Source: Octopus vulgaris
Taxonomy: Eukaryota
Assembly: GCA_951406725.2 (NCBI GenBank)
Contig: OX597830.1
Location: 52,948,001-53,012,000 of the forward strand
DNA length: 64,000 nt
Direction of reading: 5' to 3'
Below the pieces are notes generated by a model. It was not told the DNA's origin, ran no database searches, and saw only the letters and a list, made by a program, of their open reading frames with translations. Positions 50,697 to 62,190 of this stretch are shown one piece after another; position 1 is the stretch's first letter, and each line of letters starts with the position of its first letter. Both the position numbers and the translations under genes were made by a program.

Positions 50697-52650
50697 ATAA
50701 TAATAATAATGAAATTATTGTATACAGTGCTCAGGTGCACCACAACTTGTCAGAAAGTGCATATAAAGTACATGCAATAATGTAGAAATGTCTGGAAAGT
50801 GAACATGCTTGTGTGTGTATGGAGGGGAGAAAATCAAGTGTAGTGTTGGCGAATCTCAGGAAGCATGGAAATTTTGAAGGATGCAGTGCTCCGACAACTA
50901 ACCGATGCCGGCAGTTTGTTCCATGCTTCAGCAACTCTCAGCGTGAAAAAATGTTTCCTGAAGTCATGGGAGCTGTGCTGTTTTCTTACTTTCTAAATAT
51001 GTCCACGGGTGTTAGATGGGTGGAGTTTGAAGAGGTGCTCAGAGTTATTGTTTGTGCGATGGTTGATAATTTTATGGGTGTCTGCCAAGTCATCTGCCAG
51101 ACGGAGTTTCAATGTGTCCATGCCCAGGGAAGTAAGGCGTTCAGGATATGGCAAATGCCTGATGGAGGGTATTCTTTTGGTTGCACGTCGCTGAACAGCT
51201 TCCAGACGATTGATGTCCTGGGCAAGATAGGGGTTCCAGACCAGTGATGCAAATTCCAGGTGAGGTCTTACCATAGCTATATAAAGCCGCAGAGCGGCTC
51301 ACAAAGGATTTGGTGAGTGATGCCAAGACCCCCTCAGCCTTCTTGACAATTTTAGCGATGTGTTTTGTCCAACGCAAATCACTGTCGACAATAACACCCA
51401 GGTCACGTTCACTTGAAGACTTTTTGAGACTAGTGTTATGGAGGGAGTAGGTGGACGCTGGGCTTCTCCTCCCAAAATGCATGGTGGTACATTTGTCCAC
51501 AGCCAGCTTGAGTTGCCAGTCCATGATCCACTGCTGCATTGTGTCCAGGTCTACTTGCAATAGAGATCCATAGTGTACAGGATTTGACCTCTTTATTTTG
51601 AGGTACAGCTTGATGTTATCTGCATATTTCAGCACTGTGGCATTCTTTAAGTTGGCATCTATGTCATTAACATATGCAACAAACAAAAAGGGGGCCAAGA
51701 ACAGATCCCTGCGGCACACCAGATGTCATCTCATAGGGCGAAGAGTGCTGTCCTAGAACTGTGACAACCTCTTTTCGGCCGAAAATAAAGGACTTTAACC
51801 AGTTATAGAGTTCGTCTCTTACACCCAACGCAGAAAGCTTCACCATAAGTCTTTTGTGTGGCACAGAGTTAAAAGCCTTAGCAAAGTCCAGGTAAACAAC
51901 ATCCACCCAGGATCCGCGATCAGTGATTTGGGTAACGTCCTCAAGAAACTCGATGAGTTGATTACAGCAACTGGAGTTAGGAATAAATCCGAATTGTGAC
52001 GGCTGGATGAGGCTGTGAGACTTCCAGAAGTTCCAGAGGGTTTCTCTGATACAGGATTCCATCAGTTTGGCGATGCAGCTAGTAAGACTGACAGGGCGAT
52101 AGTTGACAGGCGATGTGCGGTCACCTTTTTTGAACAGAGGGATGACACAGGCAGTTTTCCACTGTTCTGGAGTAACACCATTGTCAAGGCAGAATTGGAA
52201 GAATAGAGAAAGTTGGCTTTGAAGAAAGTACCCACCGCATTTGAGAAGTAGGTATGTAACACCATCGAGACCAGGAGAGGCATAATTGCGTTTATTCTTT
52301 AGGTGGCGTTGCAGCATTGCTGGTGTAAATTGCATAGAAGATATAGAGTCCGATGTCAGTGGTGATGGAACATTTTGGTCTTCGACAGTAAAGATGCCGG
52401 CATAGCATCCAGCAATGATTTCTGCACATTCTTCGGGATTGCCAGTAATCTGTCCTGTGTGGGGATTGCGAAGGGGACCAACAGGAGAGTGGGGTCTCTG
52501 CTTTGAGTGCACATACTTCCAGAACCCTTTGCTGTCAGGGTTAGCTGCAATGCGTTGTTCAAATTCAAGCACTGCCTTTTTTGTCACCTGCTTGAGGTGG
52601 TTGGCTGACCTATTGCACTTTTTCCTGTTGCTCTCTGATTTGTGGAGGCA
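50697..52650 (-). mobile_element. 5'-truncated CR1/L2-type LINE with frameshifted RT
   Basis: NYRPVSLTS..QFGF..YLDFAKAFNSV..SGVPQGSVLGP; YADN in place of YADD; frameshifts; (ATT)n tail. Confidence 0.93.
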
Positions 52651-52654
52651 AGAG

Positions 52655-53543
52655 AGTAGGGGGGATGGGAGATGAGTTCATAGCCGCACGCCTGTGCTTC
52701 TGATCTGGCGACACGCGAGTTGTGAACCGGAGAATTGTCCTGCAAGAGGAGAATGCCTTTGCTGATCTTTCCCCGCCTCTTGATTTTGATAGCTTCTCTT
52801 AATTTCCTCAAAAGTGAAGCATAATAGGCTCCTGTAATTGTGGCACCCTTTGCCAGGAAATCTGTCATCACTACTCCGTCCTGGTCCCAGAAGACTGTGA
52901 GCATGACCTTGCCAGCAGAGGGCTGCACCCTTGCCTTCTTTGGAGGAAGTGAGTCACGGTGTGTCCACTGCATTGACTGGGCTTTGGTCTCTGGATCATA
53001 GTGATGGACCCAGGTTTCATCCTGTGTAATCAGTCTTTTGAAAAATTTTGACTCATCTTCTTGGCACATCTCCAAATTCATCCTCGAGCAATCGTCACGT
53101 TCTTGCTTCTGGAAAGATGTGAGCAACCTGCGAATCCATCTGCAGCTTTTGCATATGCAAATGGTCATGAATGATAGTTTCCACAGACCCGGTACTAATC
53201 TTGACCTCATGGGCTATTTGGCGAATAGTTATGCGTCGATCTTCCAAAATGGCAGCCTCAACATGACGGACAGATGCCTCATCAATGGTTACTTTCATTT
53301 CATCAAAAGTCTCCTGTGGTGTGCGTTCTTTCAAATACAAAAACCGGATCACTGCTCGACACTCAACAGGCTCCATTTCACACTTGACTCAGTTCAAACA
53401 CCTGTAAATCAGAAACCACAATTAGTTCAGAGTTGTAATTTGCCACTTAATCTATAAAGATATAAAAAATTGTACATGCAAAATTTCAGCTAGATAAAAT
53501 AACTGCAAGTGGGTCAGAAGCATTACTTATTGAACGTCCCTCG
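52655..53543 (-). mobile_element. Truncated mariner fused to the CR1/L2 fragment
   Basis: TIR CGAGGGACGTTCAATAAGTAATG plus TA; TQDETWVHHYDPE, LQDNSPVH, HPPYS, then the sequence breaks off. Confidence 0.9.
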
Positions 53544-55143
53544 TAGTAAACTAGTTATACAAGTAAAATGCCTTGCTCAAGACATGCCACCCAGTCCAAC
53601 TCCCAAGCCAACAAGCAACTTTATGGTAGGAGACCAACACCTTAAGCATAAGCTACATTAAAATATGCTGAAACTTCAAGATTTTAATTCAATAAAACAT
53701 TAATACGAGTGGGTTGTTATTTAATTTTAAATCCTAATATAAAAGTCGATTCCGCCAAGGTCGACTTTGCCTTTCATCCTTTCAGGGTCGATAAATAAAG
53801 TACCAGTTTCCCACTGGGTTCGATGGAATCGACTTAATCCCTTTGTCTGTCCCCTCTATGTTTAGCCCCTTGTGGGCAGTAAAGAAATATATCTAATTTT
53901 ATATCTTAATATACCTTACAGATCATCTAAGATATTTGTGAAGACCAATTTAAATGCTAGCATTAAAAAATAATTGGATATAAACCTTGGATTACACCTT
54001 CCTAGTGACAGACCCCACCTGAAGTCTTCGACAGTGCAGTCATTTTAGGTACTCGTATAGAAACGGACAATTCATTAAAGCATTTTTCCAGTCACCAATT
54101 CTCACCTGTTTCTAAGCCAGGTAATATTTCTTGACTGGATGCACAATGCCTTCTTTCAGTTTGTCTTCCAAATACAAGAATTTTTGTTTAACAAGTCCAG
54201 GCTGTTGGAGACACTGACCCAAAGGTGCTACACTGAGACCCCATTTACCACATCCATGCCAGAAATCCCCCCCCCCCACCGGATCTCTGGCACACTCCCC
54301 CTTGTGTAATAAGTTACTGCAAGTTATATAGTCAGTTGTAGCAATTACATCTAGCAGACAGAACAGGAACAAATAGAAATTGTAGAGCTCCTTTCGGTCA
54401 TCAGCACTAATGAATCACCTAACATTGCAAATTTAGGCTTGTTTATGCCTAGATTTTCCAATAATGTTAAGTTCTGGGGGAATTGTATGATTCTACAAGT
54501 TTGTTGTACGAGTTTTAAGCTCAAACACCCTTGTAAGTAGCTCCATTTAAAAAATTCAGTGCAATAGTTAACACCATATCTAAAGTAAATTCTACAGACA
54601 TCTGAACAGATGCCAATAAACTGTCACACAAGCAAGGACTCACTTGTATATTAGCCATACTTAAGCCTTCAGAAACCAAATGGTAAATTAAGTTCTATTT
54701 CAATCTTCAAAAATAAAAAAAATAAAAATTCAAAGAAAGGATACCAGAAGGTCACTAGAATTAAGTCTACCGTAGGAGCCCTTATGACAATGCTCAGAGA
54801 AATTAAGACAGTGGAACATCATGAGGAAGAACAATATTTCCAGGACTCCAATAGTATGTCTAAAAAAAATTTGTTTAAATCAAGGAAAACTTAAGGTGGC
54901 CAACTTGTACCTCACATGAAACTACCTATGGTAAATTTCCTGTTTAAAGTAGTCTAAATTTTCCATCAAAATTTCAGTGTGAAAATTATTTGGTTTGGAA
55001 CAGGAATTTAAAATTTAAAGCAAAAAGAAAAAAGGGTGAGGGGCACAATGTAATCCAGAGATATGGTAAATAGATTTTAAAATCCCTATAATCAAGCACA
55101 ATCCATCCCTTATTTTCTGTCCATTGCGCAAAGGAGTAGTCTA

Positions 55144-56401
55144 CGAGGGGCGTTCAATAAGTAATGCCCGACCCACAGCAGTAGAGCAACGACACTTGGC
55201 ACAGTTATTAGTCTTTTCCTACATAGGAACTACCCAGAGTTATGCATTTCTCCCATCGTTTGATACAGCTCTGGAGACCGTTTTTGTAGAAGACCCCAGC
55301 TTGGTCCTCCAACCACGACGTGACTTCAGAAATCAAGGCTGCATCATCTGGGAAACGCTTTCCTTTCAAAATCAACTTCATGGCTGGGAAGAGGTGAAAA
55401 TCTGAGGGTGCAAGGGGAGGAGTTCATAGCTGCACGCCTGTGCTTGTGATCTGGCGACACGCGAGTTGTGGACTGGAGCGTTGTCCTGCAGGAGGAGGAT
55501 GCCTTTGCTGATCTTGCCCGCCTCTTGATTTTGATAGCTTCTCTTAATTTCCTCAAAAGTGAAGCATAATAGGCTCCTGTAATTGTGGTACCCTTTGCCA
55601 GGAAATCTGTCATCACTACTCCGTCCTGGTCCCAGAAGACTGTGAGCATAACCTTGTCAGCGGAGGGCTGCACCCTTGCCTTCTTTGGAGGAGGTGAGTC
55701 ACGGTGTTTTCACTGCATTGACTGGGCTTTGGTCTCTGGATCATAGTGATGGACCCAGGTTTTATCCTGTGAGATCAGTCTTGAAAAATTTTGACTCATC
55801 TTCTTGGCACATCTCCAAATTCATCCTCGAGCACTCAACGCGTTCTTGCCTCTGGAAAGGTGTGAGCAACCTGGAAATCCATCTGGCAGACACCTTTTGC
55901 ATATGCAAATGGTCATGAATGATAGTTTCCACAGACCCGGTACTAATCTTGACCTTATGGGCTATTTGGCGAATAGTTATGCGTTGACCTTCCAAAATGG
56001 CAGCCTCAACTTGACGGACAGACATCTCATCAACGGCAGAAGGGGGCAACCAGATCTGGGAGCTGTTTCCACAGAGTTCCAACTATGTTTGAATTCACAA
56101 TGCCAGCGTTTTACAAGGTCATATGATGGGGCATCATCACCATAAGTTACTTTCATTTCACCAAAAGTCTCCCGTGGTGTGCGTCCTTTCAAATACAAAA
56201 ACCAGATCACTGCTCGACATTCAACAGGCTCCATTTCACACTTGACTCAGTTCAAACACCTGTAAATCAGAAACCACAATTAGTTCAGAGCTGTAATTCG
56301 CCACTTAATCTATAGAGGTGTAAATAAGTGCACGTGCAAAATTTCAGCTAGATCAAACAACTGCAAGTGGGTCAGGGGCATTACTTATTGAACGCCTCTC
56401 A
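55144..56401 (-). mobile_element. Near full-length mariner transposon with disrupted transposase
   Basis: TIRs CGAGGGGCGTTCAATAAGTAATGCCC at both ends, TA TSDs, 1258 bp; MEPVECRAVI.. split over several frames. Confidence 0.93.
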
Positions 56402-58517
56402 TAAATCCATGTTTATTCTGTAGGACATCAAACACCAGCACCAATTATTAAAAATTGGTTATGCAACTAATAAAGAAGAGATCCGACTCCATTTTTATCA
56501 ACCTAAATATACAAAAAGCCAAAACCAGGCCAGCTGAAAAGTAAAATACTTTTAGTCCTCTTTTGCTAATATTGGCAGGTATTACAATTTACCAATAAAG
56601 CCAAATCCAGACACATTGTCTTTGAAAGACAACGCCAATTTTCCAATTCCTTCCAAATTTAGTGGTACACCTCTTGGCTGGGCAGCAAGCTTTCTCCCTA
56701 ACCACATGGTTCTGGGTTCAGTTCCAATGCAAGGAACATTGGCCTAAGTGTGTATTACTATAGCCTCAAGTCAACTAAAACATTGAGTGAATTTGGTAGA
56801 CAAACAAAAAGCACACCATATATAGCTGTTTGTTCTCCACCAACGCATGACAACTGGTATATACATTCCCGTTATCAGTTCACCCAAATGGACCTAATCT
56901 GGAGATGTTACTGGGTTCATTGTTTAAAAAATGCAGATCAGCTGAGATCAAAACAATTGCTGCTTCCTACAACAATGTAAACATAGTTAAAGGTAGCAAA
57001 GACCAAGATTCAGAAATTGCACCCACTAACCCATTTGAGCATTCAACCAAAATGTTTTACCCATCTGTTCAGAACTAGCTAGATTTGGCCTCTCACACCA
57101 ACCCTACAATATCATTCTAAAAATAAACTTACCTCCTCAAAATTTCAAAGCTACAAAATAATGCACGAGTCATTCAAAATAATGTGAATAATTACTTCAG
57201 CAGAATACGAATGCTAGAGTTAAATCTTTCTGTGGCTGGATGCTAATATAAAATTCAAATTCAGCACCATGCAATATTGTACTGTAATTCTGCATCAATA
57301 ACTTTCCACCCTAATAGCTGAAATTAAATTGCATGAATGTAAGAAAAAAAAAATAATAAATAGAAACTAGTGCACTATCCTAAATGTAGTCAATAAATCA
57401 CTTGATATAAAAAGCTCAACACCCTTTTACAAAAACTAAATCCTACATCAGGCCCAGTTACAAGAAACTGAAGAACTTATACCCAGACCATTTAGCCCAT
57501 GGACTGATAAGTTAGAAATTAACGAGGTCCAAGTTTCTTGCAGCTGCAATTATCAATTCTGGATCTTAGAATAAAGCACGAATTATTTGGAATCAAATCC
57601 AGTTAATTCCACTGAAAGTCTAACCAGACAATTTTAAAACCTAAGATCATGTCAATACTCAACTCTTAATTTTCCTTCAATTATAAACTTAACGATCCTC
57701 ATTAAGCTGGTGCATAGAGCGAACAACAAACATTTCAAATATTTTAGGCCAAATTAAAGCAGTTTGAATCAGAATCAAAAAGGTTAAATTCTCACCCTAG
57801 AACAGGTGAGCTATCAGCACCATTCTGAATTAAAATTTTCTTTAACTTTACTGGACCACAGCCATGCTTAAAAGTATTTTGTAATTGACTAGTAAATTAT
57901 GGGGGTCATAAACAAACCTATCAGTGGGGACAACCAGACATGCTCCCACAATTTGTAGCAAATTCAGTCAAGGATATTAGACACTTGCCCAGACTGTCAC
58001 TCAGTGGACTAAACCCACAACTACATAGCTGCAAAGTGAGCAACTTTCACTTGACCATATCCAACAAAGAAAAAATTTAACTTGACTGAAAAATTAGAAT
58101 TATCAACTTCAGCAATGTCAAGATTGCCAGTGATCTGAATAACAGCCGGTACTCTCCGGCCGCTTCCCTAAAACATCTAGTTACTAATTAACGTTTTAAG
58201 CTGTTCCATTATAGGAAACTGAACCATTCTTGACATCATGGCCACACATTTCAGATTCCTTTTGTTCAAAGATTCTAGCAACACGATTTATAAGATTTTA
58301 AAACTGAAGTACGATCCTTTTTTTTTTTTGTCAGGAATCAAACTGTACAGAAACCTAGTAAAGTGCACTAAATGTACTATTATTCTTGTGGCACATATTA
58401 ATCACAACAGTTATTAAGTCAATATCACTCCTACAAAGCATGATTTGACCACAATGGAGCTTGGATGTAAAGCAAAAGGAGCAAGATCAAGAAAAGAAAG
58501 CATTTAAATTACTAAGT

Positions 58518-58523
58518 TTTATT
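58518..58523 (-). terminator. Probable Hsc70 polyadenylation signal
   Basis: AATAAA on - about 210 nt after the stop codon, followed by T-rich sequence. Confidence 0.55.
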
Positions 58524-58729
58524 AATTGTATTGAAATGGGTTGTTGTAAGAACATGTCAACATTTGCGTTAACTAAGACTTATTATAAAAGCTTATAAAA
58601 GTCCTGTAACATGTATTTACAATACAGTAAAGAATAGATATATATATATACACAGAAAATAAACTGAGTTGAGATGAGTAAAAAAAAAAAAAAATCAAAT
58701 GATTAGGAGGTAGGTACAGGTTAAGTGAT

Positions 58730-59166
58730 TTAATCAACTTCTTCAATTGTTGGTCCACTACTTGGTCCTGTCGATTCACCGGCTGAGCCACCAAAGTTTG
58801 GCATTCCACCTGGCATACCACCAGGCATACCTCCAGGCATGCCACCAGCACCAGAATACAGTTTGGTAATAATTGGGTTACAAACTTTTTCAATTTCCTT
58901 TTGCTTAGCCTCAAATTCATCCTTTTCAGCCAATTGATTCTGATCAAGCCAAGTAATAACCTCTTGGCATTTGTCAATTATTGATGTTTTATCTTCTTCA
59001 GATATCTTGTCCTTTACTTTTTCATCTTCAACAGTTGATTTCATGTTGAAAGCATAACTCTCCAAGCCATTCTTAGCAGCAATGCGATCTTTTTGCTTTT
59101 CATCATCCTGTCGGTACTTCTCAGCATCACTGACCATTTTTTCAATTTCCTCTTTGCTAAGACGAC
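58730..59166 (-). CDS. HSPA8: Hsc70 last coding exon (GGMP repeats, GPTIEEVD)
   Basis: [12 protein letters not shown]...[16 protein letters not shown]...GPTIEEVD stop. Total CDS 1959 nt. An intron-rich gene with cytosolic EEVD fits the cognate Hsc70. Confidence 0.97.
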
Positions 59167-59171
59167 CTAAA

Positions 59172-59211
<40 letters not shown>

Positions 59212-59317
59212 GTTTTAGACTTTTCCACTTAGATAGTTCACATAAACCAATTCCAGATAAATTAGTCAATCAACTTAGTCAATAAATTAGTTAACTTAAA
59301 AGACTATTTCAGCTCAC

Positions 59318-59719
59318 CTTTGTCATTAGTAATGGTGATTTTATTTTCTTTGCCTGTGCTCTTATCAGTAGCCGATACATTCAAAATACCATTAGCATCA
59401 ATATCAAAAGTGACTTCAATCTGTGGTACACCTCTCGGAGCTGGTGGAATCCCAGTTAGTTCAAATTTCCCAAGGAGATTGTTATCTTTAGTCATTGTAC
59501 GTTCTCCTTCATACACCTGAATAAGCACACCTGGTTGGTTATCAGAATATGTGGTGAATGTTTGAGTCTGTTTGGTTGGAATGGTTGTGTTTCTTTTAAT
59601 TAAGGAAGTCATTACACCACCTGCAGTTTCGATACCCATGGAGAGTGGGGCAACGTCAAGCAACAAAAGGTCTTGAACTTCTTTGTCTTTATCACCAGAT
59701 AAGATGGCAGCTTGGACAG
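59318..59719 (-). CDS. HSPA8: Hsc70 coding exon 5 (linker and substrate-binding domain)
   Basis: [29 protein letters not shown], 402 nt. Confidence 0.97.
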
Positions 59720-59826
59720 CTACAAAAAAAAAAAATTTTGAATAAAACATTAATATGTCCAAATGGCAATGGTTGAATATCACAGCAAAGACAGATAATA
59801 GAAATTGTTCAAGAAACCAAACTTAC

Positions 59827-60382
59827 CTGCACCATATGCAACAGCCTCGTCTGGATTAATGCTTTTGTTCAATTCTTTTCCATTAAAGAAACCTTGTAAA
59901 AGTTTCTGGATTCTTGGGATTCTGGTGGAACCGCCAACTAAGACAATATCGTTGATATCGGTTTTGCCCATTTTTGCATCCCTTAAAGATTTCTCCACTG
60001 GTTCTAAAGTCTTCTTGAAAAGGAGAGCATTCAATTCTTCAAATCTGGCACGGGTTATGGTAGTGTAAAAGTCGATGCCTTCATATAGAGAATCGATTTC
60101 AATGCTCGCTTGAGTACTCGATGACAGTGTCCTCTTGGCACGTTCACATGCTGTCCTTAAACGCCTAACAGCACGTTTATTGGTTGTCAAATCCTTCTTG
60201 TGTTTCCTGCTGAATTCTTGGACAAAATGTGTTACCATTTTGTTATCAAAATCCTCACCACCAAGGTGAGTGTCACCAGCTGTAGACTTGACTTCAAAGA
60301 TGCCATCTTCAATTGCCAAAATTGATACATCAAATGTGCCACCACCAAGATCAAAAATCAACACATTCCTTTCACCACCAAC
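59827..60382 (-). CDS. HSPA8: Hsc70 coding exon 4
   Basis: [20 protein letters not shown]...[10 protein letters not shown], 556 nt. Confidence 0.97.
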
Positions 60383-60619
60383 CTGAAAAGATGGTTTTTA
60401 TCAATATTAAAATTCTCAACCAGCAACAACTGAATAGATAATTTAGAAATTCATACACAATGTGTTCTGCAGGATAACCGATTAGAAATTAATTCAAGTA
60501 AAATTTGATTTTATGCCTTATTCAAATTTCTATCACGAAATAATTATCTCCCTTGTAATAGTTGCAAATATTTGAGAAACCCATCCTGGCTTCAAAAATT
60601 CGAGCTTGGGATGCTCTTA

Positions 60620-60920
60620 TTGTATTTGTTTCGGTCATGTAACTGTGACCATGCTGGAGCACCGCCTTTAGTTGAACAAATCAACTCTTAGTACTTATTC
60701 TATTGATCTCCTTTGCCGAACCGCTAAGTTACAGGGACAAAACACCAGCATTAGTTGCCAAGCGATCGTGGGGTGGGGAGGACAAGCATACACATTCAAT
60801 TGGCTTTCAGTTTACCAAATCCACTCACAAGGCTTTGGTCAGCCCAAAGCAATAGTACAAGACACTGCCCAAGGTGCCACACAGTGGAACTGAACCCAGA
60901 ACCATGTAGTTGGCAAGCCA
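60620..60920 (-). mobile_element. Diverged family-A SINE in an Hsc70 intron
   Basis: CATGCTGGAGCACCGCCTTTAG..CCAAATCCACTCACAAGGCTTTGGTC..CCAAGGTGCCACACAGTGG. Confidence 0.75.
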
Positions 60921-61369
60921 CTCCAAAATTCATTTTAAACTCGATGGTCAAGGAATTATGTTCAGTATACACCTTTATGAATACATAAAAAAACTGAACT
61001 GTTATTTGATATGTGAACATCAAGATCTAATTCCTAAAATATTAGCATTCTATGAAGGAATGTTTTATTTCTATCTTTAACGAAAGTGCACCACTTCAGA
61101 AAATATTTAGTGAAGTCACAGATTAGATAAGCTGTGAAAATGCATTTCTAGAAAGAGCGAAAATGCTACATGCGTTTTTCAAATTAATACCACCTCATTA
61201 AGTCATTATCTACCTTGTAATAGTTGCAAATGTATTACAGGGCCCCTGGACAGGATAGGTGAGGCAATGTATTGACAATGTTGCACGAAAAGTATCCCTC
61301 CTAACTGGAAAAGGACTAAAAGATTCTAAAACTTTGCTTCCAGTTAGGAACTTCACAAATATCAAATTA

Positions 61370-61543
<174 letters not shown>

Positions 61544-61679
61544 CTAAAAAAGAATAATAAAAAAAATAATTACAAACCAGCTACTAACAATAGCATTTTC
61601 ATTTTATTCCAGGTATTTCACTTCAAACTTTTGGGGTTTATACCCGACATTAACATTTAGAAAAAAATATTCACAATAC

Positions 61680-61885
61680 CTTTCCTAAATATGCCTCAGC
61701 AGTTTCTTTCATTTTGGTAAGAACCATGGAGGAAATTTCTTCTGGAGAAAACGTCTTTGCTTCTCCCTTAAAGTTAACTCTTACTTTAGGCTTGCCATTA
61801 TCATTGATAACTTTGAAAGGCCAGAGAAGTGCATCCGCCACCACGACATCGTCAGTAAATCTTCTACCTATTAATCTCTTAGCAT
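61680..61885 (-). CDS. HSPA8: Hsc70 coding exon 2
   Basis: [10 protein letters not shown]...AEAYLGK, 206 nt, AG/GT boundaries. Confidence 0.96.
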
Positions 61886-61985
61886 CTAAATAAATGAAAA
61901 AAAAAAAAAGAAAAAACATTATAAATTTCTATAAAAATAAATTCAGATTGAAAAAAGGAGGGACAGAGAAAAGAGAAAGCCTCAC

Positions 61986-62190
61986 CAAAAATGGAGTTTT
62001 CAGGATTCATAGCAACTTGATTTTTGGCAGCATCGCCAATAAGACGTTCTGTATCAGTGAAAGCAACATAGCTTGGTGTAGTGCGATTACCCTGATCATT
62101 GGCAATGATTTCGACTTTACCATGTTGAAAAACACCTACACAGGAGTAGGTAGTTCCCAGATCAATTCCTATAGCTTGCGATTTCGCCAT
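61986..62190 (-). CDS. HSPA8: Hsc70 coding exon 1
   Basis: [44 protein letters not shown]. Acceptor TTGCAG lies 2 nt before the ATG, implying an upstream non-coding exon I could not locate. Donor G|GTGAG, 205 nt. Confidence 0.97.

Noticed and set aside
51141-52587. Functional reverse transcriptase or retron-like system
   Set aside because: Ordinary LINE RT that is 5'-truncated, frameshifted and has YADD changed to YADN.
54383-54408. CTGATGA-CC-GAAA on the minus strand as a hammerhead
   Set aside because: No room for stem II and no stem III or cleavage triplet.
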